A DNA stretch of 64,000 nucleotides from an uncultured Acidobacteriota bacterium (lineage in GTDB: Bacteria; Acidobacteriota; Vicinamibacteria; Vicinamibacterales; UBA2999). The stretch is taken from NCBI GenBank assembly GCA_963802675.1, contig CAWDJL010000005.1, positions 361,193-425,192 of the forward strand, given 5' to 3'. This document shows, one piece after another, positions 1 to 9,801 of this stretch. The position numbers and the translations under genes were made by a program. Positions within the stretch are counted from its first letter, which is position 1, and every line of letters begins with the position of its first letter. The notes beneath the pieces were generated by a model. It was not told the DNA's origin and made no database searches. It was given only the letters and a program-made list of their open reading frames with translations.

Positions 1-936
1 CGGCAAACTTGAGGCCATGGCTTCCATCAACGTGAGCGACGCCGCCTCGCTCACCGAGGGCAGGGCGAAGACATCTGCGCTGGCGAGCAGATCGGGGACG
101 TCGGCGCGGATGCCGAGAAAGCGAACACGGGAGCCGAGATCGAGCGCGCCTACCCGCTGTTCAATCTCGGCGCGAAGCGGGCCATCGCCGACGAGCAAGA
201 GGTCGGCTTCAGGGAGGACGGCGGCCACCAGGGCAAACGACTCAATCAGGAGTCGGTGATCCTTCACGGGGTGGAAACGTGCGATGTGAAGGATGTACTG
301 GCGGTCGCGAGCCAGTCCCAGGCGGTCGCGGATCGCGTCGCGGTCGTGGACCGTCTGATACCGCGCCACATCGACGCCATTCGCAATTACGGGAATGGAA
401 CGGCCGACGAATCCATCGACTTGTGCCAAACTCCGAGCACTGAACTGGCAAACCGCATTGATGTCGTCGGCCAGGTGCCGAAACACCAGTCGGTTCAGCA
501 GCCGGCGACGGCCCGAGACAATGTCCGGATAGTGACGACCGTGCTCAGTGAAAATCAGCCGCGCTGAAAAGGCCGTCAAGGCATTGGCGCAGGCGGCGTA
601 GAAGAACGGGGTGTACTGATGCGCGTGAATGACCTCGATCCGCCGTCGTCGCAGCTCACGGGCGAAGCGCCAGGCGAGGCCTGGATCCAGGCCGGGCCGT
701 CTGCCGAGCGTCACGACCGAAATGCCCTCGGCCCGCAACTGTGCTCCCAACGCCCCGAGTGAATCGAGGCAAAACACCGTGGGCTCGATAGCCGCGGCCA
801 GACTCCGCGCAATCTCGGCGACGAGCACTTCAGCGCCAGCGACCTGCATCACGTGAACAACCAGACCAACGCGGACGCGTTTCGTCGACGGGATCGTCGG
901 TTCAGAGCGCGAAGAGCTGCGAGTCGGACTGCTCAT
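1..936 (-). CDS. Glycosyltransferase family 4 (GT-B, group 1), C-terminus cut by window edge
   Basis: The reverse frame is open from ATG (936-934) to base 1; it is absent from the ORF track because it runs off the edge. My translation reads MSSPTRSS..RVGLVVHVMQVAGAEVLVAEIARSL..VIHAHQYTPFFY..IANGVDVARY..HIARFHPVKDH..LLLVGDGPLRAEIE..FLGIRADVPDLLASADVFALPSVSEAASLTLMEAMAS, a typical GT4 layout. ATGA overlap with the stop of the upstream gene. Confidence 0.8.
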   Translation of the reverse strand, partial: MSSPTRSSSRSEPTIPSTKRVRVGLVVHVMQVAGAEVLVAEIARSLAAAIEPTVFCLDSLGALGAQLRAEGISVVTLGRRPGLDPGLAWRFARELRRRRIEVIHAHQYTPFFYAACANALTAFSARLIFTEHGRHYPDIVSGRRRLLNRLVFRHLADDINAVCQFSARSLAQVDGFVGRSIPVIANGVDVARYQTVHDRDAIRDRLGLARDRQYILHIARFHPVKDHRLLIESFALVAAVLPEADLLLVGDGPLRAEIEQRVGALDLGSRVRFLGIRADVPDLLASADVFALPSVSEAASLTLMEAMASSLP

Positions 937-2291
937 TGCAAACGTGTTTGATACGCCGGCCGCGGCAACAGGCGCGGCGGCGCCGAGGGCACCGGAAGAG
1001 GTGTCGCGGTCGGCAGCTTCGCCGGTTCCAGCACCAGTGTTGGAAGCTGGGCCGCCAAGAGCACGAGCAAGTAGGGCAGCTCGAACACTTCCAGCGACAG
1101 GAAGAAGGTGCCGATGAAAAACGTCGCTAGACTGGCTTCGATCCCGTACGCCATGGCGTACAGCTGGTGGCCATGTTCGGACCGGTCGTGCTTCCACCGT
1201 TTGCGGGATCGTCGGAGGGCCCGGGCCGTGCAGACCATGACCGAGGCGTAGCACGCGAACCCGACGTAACCCGTGTCGGCCATCAGCTGGAGCGATTGGC
1301 TGTGGATCGTTCGGCCCAAAATATCGGCACCATAGTAGAAGGTAAAGTAGTTGGCGTTTCGTGGGCCGACGCCAAATACCGGGTAATCGTTGGCAATGGC
1401 CAGCGCCACGTTCCAACTGGCAATTCGGCTTTGTGCCGAGCCGTCCTCTTGGTACTGTTCGATCGAGAAAAAGCGCTGCCGTATTTCCGCGCCGGCCAAC
1501 AGCGGGACGATGAACATCATGATGGTGGCGGCCACAGCCATCCACCGCCGTCGTCGACAGCGCAGCAGGATCAGGGGACTGGCGAGCAACAGGGAAACCA
1601 TCGCCCCGCGCGAATAGGTCATCAGAACGGCATGGACGATGACCGGAACCATGGCGACGAAGATCCACCGCCACCACTTGGTGGCACCGTCCCACACCGC
1701 GACGCAGAGTGGCACGCCCATAGCCAGCATGAGACCGGCGCCATTGTTGTCGAGTCCTCCGTAGCCGTTATGGAAAATGCCGAGATATTTCCCTTGGAAC
1801 AGGTACATGTAGTTGACTTCGTACGCAATGTAGGCCAGCGACACCGCGGCGATGGTGACCAGCGTGAAGACTTGGGAGCGAGTCCGGATCACGATCGCGG
1901 CAATCGCGAACATCACCCAGATCTTGGTGTACTCGATCATCACCGATTCTGACGCCTCTGGATACTGCGCCATCAGGAAGCTGACGACCAACCAGGCGCC
2001 AAAAGTGAACATGGCGAGGTGTGCCAGCGTCACCCGACGGACTGAACGATCGGTAGCCAGCTTGATCGCGGCCGCATGCGATCGCATCAGTGTCGCAAGC
2101 GTCGTCGCGATGATGGTTCCAATGCCGACGTAGAACGACCAGGCGAACTGTGGCAACACCCACTGCCAGAGTGCCTGTGGCCGGAGCACGGCGAACAGGT
2201 AGTAGACGGCAACGCCAACAAAGGGCGTCAGGACGAACGGTCCCACCGTCCCCAGCAGGGTCAGCGCCAGCATGAGGATGAGCTGCTTCAT
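933..2291 (-). CDS. O-antigen ligase / Wzy-like polymerase family membrane protein
   Basis: 452-aa polytopic membrane ORF. It has the central MTYSRGAMVSLLLASP loop typical of Wzy_C/O-antigen-ligase domains and a hydrophobic N-terminus ending ..YYLFAVLRPQ. Start and stop overlap the neighbouring genes. Confidence 0.7.
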   Translation of the reverse strand: MKQLILMLALTLLGTVGPFVLTPFVGVAVYYLFAVLRPQALWQWVLPQFAWSFYVGIGTIIATTLATLMRSHAAAIKLATDRSVRRVTLAHLAMFTFGAWLVVSFLMAQYPEASESVMIEYTKIWVMFAIAAIVIRTRSQVFTLVTIAAVSLAYIAYEVNYMYLFQGKYLGIFHNGYGGLDNNGAGLMLAMGVPLCVAVWDGATKWWRWIFVAMVPVIVHAVLMTYSRGAMVSLLLASPLILLRCRRRRWMAVAATIMMFIVPLLAGAEIRQRFFSIEQYQEDGSAQSRIASWNVALAIANDYPVFGVGPRNANYFTFYYGADILGRTIHSQSLQLMADTGYVGFACYASVMVCTARALRRSRKRWKHDRSEHGHQLYAMAYGIEASLATFFIGTFFLSLEVFELPYLLVLLAAQLPTLVLEPAKLPTATPLPVPSAPPRLLPRPAYQTRLQ

Positions 2292-3476
2292 AAGCGTCGA
2301 CCCGCGATCGATTGCTCGATCCCGGCAATGGCGCGATCAGCTGCCGCCGTCCACGTGTGCCGCTCGATGACCCAGCGTCGCGCCGAAGCGCCAAGGTCGG
2401 CGCGACGGGCAGGGTTCGCCCACAGATCACGCAACGCCGTCTGCCACTGTGCAGGCGAGTCCGCCACAACCAGTGGCAGCCGCGGTGGAAGGTCGAGTCC
2501 GCCGCATCCTCGTCGCGTTGTCACGATCGGCTTTCCCATGCTGGCCGCCTCGAGCAGCTTGTTCTTGATGCCGCCGCCAGACACGAATGGCAGGGCTACG
2601 ACACTGTGCCTGCCGACCTCCTCGCGAAGGTCCGGGACATCAGGCACCAGCGTAACGCCGTCCATCTCGGCCAGGTCCCGGACCGCCCGTCCGGGATTGA
2701 ATCCCACGATGATAAACGCGGCCTCGGGTACTTCGCGCCTGACGTGCGGCCAAATTTCTCGGCCAAACCACTGCAGCCCCTGCACGTTGGGCTCGAAATC
2801 CAATCGGCCCCAGAACACGGCGGAGGAAGAGGTCGAAGGCGTCGCCGGGGCAAAGTAGTTGCTGTCGACGCCGTTAGGGACGATATCGACGTGCCGATAC
2901 CCGGCCAGCCAGCGCATCGCGCGCGCCTCGGGCGTGGATACGACCCAGACACGGTCGATCGACGAGGCGAACACACGCTCGTAGACCCCCTTGATCGCCG
3001 CCGCCCGCACATGCTCCCAACGCTCGGCGTTCATGGTCCTGGCCAGGGACAAGTGATGGACAACCCATTCGTCCGCTGCATACCAAATTCTGACACCCCG
3101 ATGCCCAGGCAGAAAGGGGAGCCCGTCCAGCCCAACCGCGATCACAGCATCAGGGTCGAAGCTGTCTGAGAGCTGACGCAACGCGGTCAGCCAGACCGCC
3201 GGGATACCCCAATACGACCGAAACCGCTCCTGGAGCTTCGTCAGCGCCAGCGCCGCGTGTCCGTTCTCGCTCGAGCGCGCGGCCGGAAGAACCACGTGCC
3301 GGGCGAGCCCAAGCCCATGAATTGCTTCGGGAGCTGGCGCCACGGCAGTTGCCAGCACGACTTCATGCCCGCGCGCCGCGCAGGCCTGCATCATGTGAAA
3401 GGCGTGCACGTCGTGTCCGCTCACGCGCGGCCATGCCAGAATTTTCTTGACGAACAGCATTCTCATGGCGCGACGC
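2288..3476 (-). CDS. Glycosyltransferase family 4
   Basis: The ORF track gives 2288..3847, but the first ~120 aa are R/P-rich and overlap the upstream gene. The conserved fold starts at MRMLFVKKILAWPRVSGHDVH (ATG ~3476). C-terminal VALPFVSGGGIKNKLLEAASMGKPIVTT is the GT4 sugar-nucleotide motif. Confidence 0.75.
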
Positions 3477-4488
3477 TCTTCTCCACCACGCGGCCGGGCC
3501 TCAAGCGAAGCAGCTCGAATGCAATCCGAATGACAGGGACAAGCAACCGACGACGCTTGGCGTACGGACCCATCCGGCCAGTCAAGCCATCGGCCACCCC
3601 CTCGAGCACCCCGTGCGCCGCCGCTGTGTAACCCTCCTCGAGTTCGACACAAAACCGGTAATACACGTATCGGGCGTAGGTCACGATCGTGTCGAACCAG
3701 CCACGGCCATGGGCCTTGGCGCCCCGGTGCCGACGAAGGACGTAGAACAGGTTGCGCGCATCGAAGTACCTGGCCATTGGCTTGCCGGCGGTCTTCATTG
3801 TGCTCGAGCCCTTGTGCCAAATCAGCGCATGGTCGATCACCCCGCAACGCTCTCCGACCGCGGCTGCACGAAGACAGAAATCGGTTTCATCGTGGTAGAT
3901 GAAGATGTTCTGATCGAACGTCCCGATGCGCTCGAACACATCCCGCCGGACCATCATGCAGCAGCCGTTGACGACATCGACCGGCGCGACGGCGGGAGGC
4001 GCCGACCACTTGAGTGGCACCTCGAGACGTTGGAAGAAACCGTTATAACCAGGTGCGTTGAAGATGCAACCGTCGGTCATTACGATGTCCGGCTCGAACA
4101 TGTAGTAGATGACCGGCCCTAGAATGCTGTACTCGGGGTGGGCTGCCGCTGCCTCCGCCAGGCGATCGACCAAGCCCGGTGCCACGGTCGTGTCGTTGTT
4201 GAGTAGCACGATCCACTGCGCGCCGGCGCCGAGCGCCCGGCGGATTCCGGCATTGTTTCCGCCTGCGGGACCGACGTTGGCGTCAAGACGTAACACCTCG
4301 CACCAGGGAAATTCGCGGGACACGAGCTCGTGCGTCGAATCGTTCGAGCCGTTGTCGACCAGCAAAACCTTCACGCCAGGGCGCACGAGCGGGGCGACGC
4401 TCGTCAGGCACTTTCTCGTGTCGTCGAGTCCGTTGTAGGTGAGCACCACCACCCAGATTGATCCTGTGGACGCCATCAGTTCACACAC
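3463..4488 (-). CDS. Glycosyltransferase family 2 (rhamnosyltransferase-like)
   Basis: IWVVVLTYNGLDDTRKCL..VLLVDNGSNDST..NAGIRRAL..LLNNDT is the GT-A/GT2 signature. An alternative ATG lies at ~4476. Confidence 0.8.
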   Translation of the reverse strand: MCELMASTGSIWVVVLTYNGLDDTRKCLTSVAPLVRPGVKVLLVDNGSNDSTHELVSREFPWCEVLRLDANVGPAGGNNAGIRRALGAGAQWIVLLNNDTTVAPGLVDRLAEAAAAHPEYSILGPVIYYMFEPDIVMTDGCIFNAPGYNGFFQRLEVPLKWSAPPAVAPVDVVNGCCMMVRRDVFERIGTFDQNIFIYHDETDFCLRAAAVGERCGVIDHALIWHKGSSTMKTAGKPMARYFDARNLFYVLRRHRGAKAHGRGWFDTIVTYARYVYYRFCVELEEGYTAAAHGVLEGVADGLTGRMGPYAKRRRLLVPVIRIAFELLRLRPGRVVEKSVAP

Positions 4489-5803
4489 CCTTGCCAGTCA
4501 CAACGCCATCGAGCACTTGCTGCGCCGCGCGCTCGCCGCTGATGAAGGCCTCATCGGTCCACAGATAGCCCCATTCGCCGTAGCGCCCGCAGTAACGCAC
4601 GCCGACCTCGTCCAGGTAGGCGTGAACTTGTGCCAACGACTCGTGGCGCTCGAGGTCGAAGATGATGTTGGCGTAGGGCGCCACCACCGCCCCCCGGTAG
4701 AGGATCGTGTCGGGGTCTCGAATCAGGCCGCAGCGGCGGAGATCGAGGATCGCAGTGTCGACACAGTCGTCAGGGCTGCAATCGAGTGGCTTGTACTTCG
4801 ATGAAAAATAGATCTCCGCCTGAATGCTGCCGGCGTCCGGCGGCGCATTGTGTGGCGAGAGCATGTGGGGGAAGCTCAGGCGGCTGAAGCTGAAGTCGTC
4901 GTCGTAAAAGTAGGTCCAATGCCAATCCGAGATATCACGCCGATCGAGGCCGATGTTGACGATGACGCAGGTTGAACAGGCCAGTCGCGCTGCGGCCGCC
5001 ACGACCGCTGGCGGTGCACCAACCATCATCGGCACGAGCTCGGGCAGGGGAATCGATGAGACGACTTGCTCGTACTCGGCGGTCCGGCCATCGGCGAACG
5101 TCAGCGAGCGCGCTCCCGGATCGAGTGCGGTGACGCGGTGATTCAGCCGCAGGTCGAGTCCGGTCGTGAACGGCCGGAGAAACGAGACGAACCCGCCGTG
5201 CGATGGGTATCGAAATTCTGAGATGTAGTGGACGTCGGGCGTTGACGGGGACAACGCGCCGGCCAGCACTTCCTCGATCGAGGGGCGATAGAGCCTCGGA
5301 CCGAGCCAGTCCGTGCTCATGTTGGCGGCTTCGGTCGTGTGGTACTTCCGGCCGTACTGCATCGGGAAGGTCTCGGCAAACGGTCGACCATACGAGGCGA
5401 CCAGCCACTCTTCGTAGTTGCGAATCGGGCCGGGGTCTCGATGCTGAGCCGCCACCATCTCGGCGATGATCTTGACGTTCAAATCGACTGGCAGCCCGTG
5501 CAGATTGCACTGCGCCGGATGCTTGATCCATTGCCCTCGCCAATAGTTGTTGACGTTGGCGTGAATGACTTCGAAGGCACCCTCGACGTTGTCTGCAAAG
5601 AGCTGTCTGATCCGTGGATCCTTGGTGAACGAGATGTGAGGACCTTCGTCGAACACAAACCCATCGCTGACGTATGAGGCCGTATGGCCCCCGTAGTGCG
5701 AGCGCGCGTCGTAGACAACCGGGTTGACGCCTGCGCTTCGCAAACGATGGGCGGCACCCATGGCCGCCATGCCCGAGCCGAGAATGGCGATCTCGGATGT
5801 CAT
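4481..5803 (-). CDS. FAD/NAD(P)-binding oxidoreductase, UDP-galactopyranose-mutase-like (tentative)
   Basis: Rossmann motif IAILGSGMAAMGAAHRL..YDARSHYGGHTAS..GFVFDEGPHISF and ..WIKHPAQCNL resemble amine-oxidase/UGM-type flavoenzymes. The start is refined to ATG 5803, giving an ATGA overlap with the upstream stop. Confidence 0.55.
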   Translation of the reverse strand: MTSEIAILGSGMAAMGAAHRLRSAGVNPVVYDARSHYGGHTASYVSDGFVFDEGPHISFTKDPRIRQLFADNVEGAFEVIHANVNNYWRGQWIKHPAQCNLHGLPVDLNVKIIAEMVAAQHRDPGPIRNYEEWLVASYGRPFAETFPMQYGRKYHTTEAANMSTDWLGPRLYRPSIEEVLAGALSPSTPDVHYISEFRYPSHGGFVSFLRPFTTGLDLRLNHRVTALDPGARSLTFADGRTAEYEQVVSSIPLPELVPMMVGAPPAVVAAAARLACSTCVIVNIGLDRRDISDWHWTYFYDDDFSFSRLSFPHMLSPHNAPPDAGSIQAEIYFSSKYKPLDCSPDDCVDTAILDLRRCGLIRDPDTILYRGAVVAPYANIIFDLERHESLAQVHAYLDEVGVRYCGRYGEWGYLWTDEAFISGERAAQQVLDGVVTGKGV

Positions 5804-6729
5804 GAGAGATGGGCCTCGACGGTCACGCTTCGTTGTCGCCACCAGTCGATGGTGCGCTGGAGCCCCTCGTCCAGGCCGACCTTGGGCCGCCAGGAAGGGA
5901 GCAGCCGCAGCGCTCGTGCTGTATCGGCAACGACGAGCGGCGTGTCGGTCGGTGCAGCCGGAATTGCCCCGAGCCGAATCAACTCAGGCCGTCCAAGGAG
6001 CGAGCCCGCTCGCATCACGATGTCCTTCAATGTGATGGCCTGGCCGGAGGCGATGTTGATCGGCCCGCTGACGTCGCTTTCCAGGAGCGCCACCATCGCA
6101 TCCGCCACATCCTGGACGAACAGGTAGTCGCGAATCTGGAGCCCATGCGAACACTTTGCCGGCTCGCCGTCGAGCACCGACCGGATCACCGAGGCGACCA
6201 GCCGGACCGGGTGCTCGTGGGGACCATACAAGAAGAAGATTCGCGCCCAGGCACTGCTCATGCCGGTGCTCGCCGCGTGGGCCGTGGTCAGTAACTGCAA
6301 GGCATGTTTGCACGTGCCATAGATCGTGTGCGGCTGGCAGGGCGTCCGCTCTTCCGCACAGTAGCCGTAGTGCCAGTCGTACTCGAGACAGGAGCCGGCA
6401 GTCACGACGCGAGTGCCTCCATGCGCCTGGAACGACTGCAGCAGATTGAGACTTGCGCGCACCCAGCGCAGGTTGTCGGGTGCCATTGCCCACTTCCCGG
6501 GCGCGATGTACCACGCCAGGTGGAGCAGATGGCTCGGTCGAACGGTCGCGACGACCGACTCGGTCTGCGAGGCATCGAGCAGGTCCGCGCGATACCACCG
6601 AACCGGACCAGCAGCCGGCTCGCGGTCGCGCGACGACACGCCGTGTACCTCCCACCCGGTGGCCAGCAGACCTGGCAGGATGTGACGCCCGATGCAGCCC
6701 GTTGCCCCGGTAACGAGAACACGTTTCAT
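5800..6729 (-). CDS. NAD-dependent epimerase/dehydratase (extended SDR), likely NDP-4-keto-6-deoxyhexose reductase
   Basis: MKRVLVTGATGCIGRHILPGLL.. (GxxGxxG), YGTCKHA (YxxxK). The start is refined from 6819 to ATG 6729, giving an ATGA overlap with the upstream stop. Confidence 0.75.
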   Translation of the reverse strand: MKRVLVTGATGCIGRHILPGLLATGWEVHGVSSRDREPAAGPVRWYRADLLDASQTESVVATVRPSHLLHLAWYIAPGKWAMAPDNLRWVRASLNLLQSFQAHGGTRVVTAGSCLEYDWHYGYCAEERTPCQPHTIYGTCKHALQLLTTAHAASTGMSSAWARIFFLYGPHEHPVRLVASVIRSVLDGEPAKCSHGLQIRDYLFVQDVADAMVALLESDVSGPINIASGQAITLKDIVMRAGSLLGRPELIRLGAIPAAPTDTPLVVADTARALRLLPSWRPKVGLDEGLQRTIDWWRQRSVTVEAHLS

Positions 6730-7259
6730 GGTCGATAGTCGGGCCAGGTCGCATCCTTGACCGAAATGGTCAGCGGTGCCACCGCTGGCCACTGGACACC
6801 GAAGGCGGGATCGTCCCAACGGACGCCCCGCTCGGCTTCGGGACGATAAGACTGCGTCACAGGGTAGAGAACTTCACTCTCGTCGCACATGGTCAAATAC
6901 CCATGTGCGCAGCCGGCGGGCACGTACAGCATCTTTCGGTTGTCGGCGGTCAGCTCGATGCCGAACCACTGTTTGTATGTCGCGGACGGCGGCCGGAGAT
7001 CGATCACGACGTCGAAGATGGCACCGCGGATACATCGGACCAGCTTGATCTCGTCGTCAGGCGATGCCTGATAATGCATCCCGCGCAGCGTACCCTTCCG
7101 TACGCTGAATGAGCCGTTGCACTGGACAAAGGCCGCCGACAGGCCGGCGCGCTCGAACTCGTCCAGACACCACTGGCGCGCAAAGAAGCCGCGCTCGTCG
7201 GCGTGCGGCTCGGGCTCGACCACATAGGCGCCGCTCACCGCTACTGCCGTGAAAGTCAT
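6726..7259 (-). CDS. RmlC-like cupin, NDP-4-dehydro-6-deoxyhexose 3,5-epimerase family
   Basis: MTFTAVAVSGAYVVEPEPHADERGFFAR..LRGMHYQ..KLVRCIRGAIFDVVIDLR..LYVPAGCAHGY matches the RmlC fold signature. The start is refined to ATG 7259 (ATGA overlap). Confidence 0.8.
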   Translation of the reverse strand: MTFTAVAVSGAYVVEPEPHADERGFFARQWCLDEFERAGLSAAFVQCNGSFSVRKGTLRGMHYQASPDDEIKLVRCIRGAIFDVVIDLRPPSATYKQWFGIELTADNRKMLYVPAGCAHGYLTMCDESEVLYPVTQSYRPEAERGVRWDDPAFGVQWPAVAPLTISVKDATWPDYRP

Positions 7260-8260
7260 CGGGAAGCTGCCGCGATCCCTTTGGTCGCAGCCCCGAGAAA
7301 GTTGGAATACCACTGGATGGTGGCTTGCAAACCCTCATCCAGACTGTGACGCGCGCGCCAGCCGAGCCGCTGATGGGCGCGGCTGGCGTCGAGGTACTGG
7401 TCACGAATCTCCGCGCGGGCGTTGTCGAGAATCACGGGTTCGAGATCCTCTCTCCGCATCAATCGCTGGATGGCCCGTGTGATCTCCAGCACGGTCTGCC
7501 GCGACTCCGGGCTGAAATTGAACGCCTCACCACGAACGCCGTCGTCACCACAACGTTCGGCGAGCACAAGATACGCGTCGACGACGTCCTGTACATACAG
7601 GTAGTCGCGTGTGAACTGGCCATCGCTGCGGATGACTGGACGCTGCCCCTGCCAAAGGCTTCGAATGGTCCCTGGCACGATTCGGCTCCAGTTGAGATCG
7701 CCGCCACCATAGATGTTGCCGCACCGCGCCACGGTCACCGGCAGTTCGTAGGTGTGCGCGTAGGTGAGCGCAAGCAGGTCCGTACAGCTCTTGCTCACGT
7801 CGTATGGATGCCGCCCGTCGGCCGGCATGTCCTCCGTGTACGGCAGCGATGTGCCATCACCGTACGCCTTGTCGCTGCTCGCAACCACGACGCGCGAGAC
7901 GAGGCTTCGATGCACCCGACAAGCCTCCAGCACGTGATAGCTCCCTCGGATGTTGGCTTCGAAGGTAGGCAGCGGGCTCCTCAATGCCGTCGTGACAATG
8001 GCCTGGGCGCCCAGATGGAAGACCGTATCGGGCTCATGCTCATTAATCGCGCGCTCTGTCACGCTGTAGTCCTCGAGACAGCCATTGACGACAGAGGTCG
8101 ACGTGATGTCGCCGCTTCGAATGAGCTCCGATTGCGGATCGGCGTCTCGAACGAGCACCACCACGTGCGCGCCGGCCCCCAGCAGACGTTTGACGAGCCA
8201 CGATCCCACGATACCGGTGGCCCCAGTGACGAAGACGCGCCGTTGTGCCCAGTCGATCAT
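7256..8260 (-). CDS. NDP-hexose 4,6-dehydratase-like SDR (probably CDP-glucose 4,6-dehydratase)
   Basis: RRVFVTGATGIVGSWLVKRLL..VFHLGAQAIV..SSDKAYG..HPYDVSKSCTDLL..RCGNIYGGGD. Sits two genes downstream of rfbF in the same operon. The start is refined to ATG 8260 (ATGA overlap). Confidence 0.65.
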   Translation of the reverse strand: MIDWAQRRVFVTGATGIVGSWLVKRLLGAGAHVVVLVRDADPQSELIRSGDITSTSVVNGCLEDYSVTERAINEHEPDTVFHLGAQAIVTTALRSPLPTFEANIRGSYHVLEACRVHRSLVSRVVVASSDKAYGDGTSLPYTEDMPADGRHPYDVSKSCTDLLALTYAHTYELPVTVARCGNIYGGGDLNWSRIVPGTIRSLWQGQRPVIRSDGQFTRDYLYVQDVVDAYLVLAERCGDDGVRGEAFNFSPESRQTVLEITRAIQRLMRREDLEPVILDNARAEIRDQYLDASRAHQRLGWRARHSLDEGLQATIQWYSNFLGAATKGIAAASR

Positions 8261-9036
8261 GATATTGCTCGCGCCTGTTCGCCAGCGGCCTTGGTGGCTA
8301 GAGCCCAGACGACCACGGGAAAGTCCTGTTCGTTGTGCAGCGAATGCCGCCACGGCAGCCAGATGGCGTATCCGGGCGCCTGCAGACCCGCTCGCACGCA
8401 CGCGCGATTGCCCCACGACGCGGTTTCGATATCGGCCAAAGCAAAGCCACCCTCGGCCAAGAGGTGCTTCAGGCCGAGTTCGGTCCATCGCGTGCAGTCG
8501 ACGGGCACGTCATGGCGTCGAATGAGAAAGGGCGTGCTGATCACAAAGACGCCGCCGGGTCGAAGCATGGCCCAGACGTTTTTGACGGCGCGATACGGCC
8601 AGAGCACGTGTTCGAACACCTGCTCGGCAATGACGAGGTCGAAACCCTCGGGCTCATAAACGGTCGCACAGACGTCGTACTCCGGGTAGCCGACACTGAG
8701 GTACTCGGCGAACCCGAAGGTGGCCCATTTGTCACCGCTGATCTCCAGTGCCCGCATGTGCCGATACGGTCGACGCCGGAGCGCAGCGTCGATCTCGCGA
8801 TCCATGACGATCCGCGCGTACGGGCGTTCGGGAATGCCCACGTAGTGCGCAACGCGCTGCGTGACCGTGCGAGGCGTCCAGCGAGTCGAATGCTCGAGAT
8901 CCAACAATCGCCCAAGCCGTTGCCGGAGGACGCCTCGCAGCAGGTACCAGCGCACCTGGAAGTCGTCACGGAGCGCTACTCGCCATGGCGGTCGCGTCGA
9001 GATCTCGTCGGTCGCTGGCGCGGTCACGACGTCCAC
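8257..9036 (-). CDS. Class I SAM-dependent methyltransferase
   Basis: ..[45 protein letters not shown] is a Methyltransf_11-like core. GTG start. Confidence 0.65.
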   Translation of the reverse strand: MDVVTAPATDEISTRPPWRVALRDDFQVRWYLLRGVLRQRLGRLLDLEHSTRWTPRTVTQRVAHYVGIPERPYARIVMDREIDAALRRRPYRHMRALEISGDKWATFGFAEYLSVGYPEYDVCATVYEPEGFDLVIAEQVFEHVLWPYRAVKNVWAMLRPGGVFVISTPFLIRRHDVPVDCTRWTELGLKHLLAEGGFALADIETASWGNRACVRAGLQAPGYAIWLPWRHSLHNEQDFPVVVWALATKAAGEQARAIS

Positions 9037-9801
9037 ACTTTCCAGGGCGCGGCCCCCGAGGCCCAGAGATCTTCGAGCAGCTTCTTCTCGCGCAAGGTGT
9101 CCATGGGCTGCCAGAATCCCGTGTGACGATACGCCATCAGCTCGCCATCCGCCGTCAGCCGCTCCAGCGGGTCACGCTCCCACAGCGTGTCGTCGCCGTC
9201 GATATAGCGCATCACGCCCCGGTCGAGTACCGAAGAAGCCGCCGTTGATCCACCCCTCACCTGCCTGGGGCTTCTCGGTGAACTCGCTCACGCGATTGCC
9301 GTCGAACACGATGCCCCCGAACCGGGCGGGAGGGCGCACCGTCGTCACCGTTGCGCATTTGCCGTGTGACTCGTGGAAGCGCAACAAAGCGCGAACGTCA
9401 ACATCGGCGACACCGTCGCCATAGGTCATCATGAAGGACTTGTCATCCCCGAGCCACTTCTCGATTCGTTTCACGCGACCGCCTGTCTGCGTCGTCAGGC
9501 CGGTGTCGACGAGATGTACTTTCCACCGCGGCTGACGTCCCTCATGGATGCGGGTCGTACCCGTGGCCAGATCGAGCGTGACATCGTTGTTGAGCGCGTA
9601 GAAGTTGAGAAAGTACTCCTTGATGACCTCGCTCCGATAACCCAGCGCGATGATGAACTCGTCGATGCCGTAGCACGAGAAAATGTTCATGATGTGCCAG
9701 AGCATCGGCTTGCCGCCGATCTCGACCATCGGTTTGGGGCGCGCCACGGTCTCTTCGGCGAGGCGCGACCCCAGCCCCCCAGCGAGAATGACCGCCTTCA
9801 C
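9024..9801 (-). pseudogene. rfbF: Glucose-1-phosphate cytidylyltransferase, reading frame broken by one extra base (or sequencing error)
   Basis: ORF 9172..9801 reads [43 protein letters not shown] and then runs into R-rich nonsense. ORF 9024..9260 continues in another frame with [66 protein letters not shown]. The two halves join perfectly (..GGFF|VLD..) if one G of the GG at ~9230-9231 is dropped. Confidence 0.85.

Noticed and set aside
5800-8488. Long N-terminal extensions of ORFs 5800..6819, 6726..7313, 7256..8488, 2288..3847, 41051..42070 and 38572..39099 as given in the ORF track
   Set aside because: The extensions are R/G/P-rich, overlap the upstream gene and precede an internal ATG. 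That ATG sits exactly in an ATGA overlap or starts the conserved domain or signal peptide, so the shorter starts were adopted.
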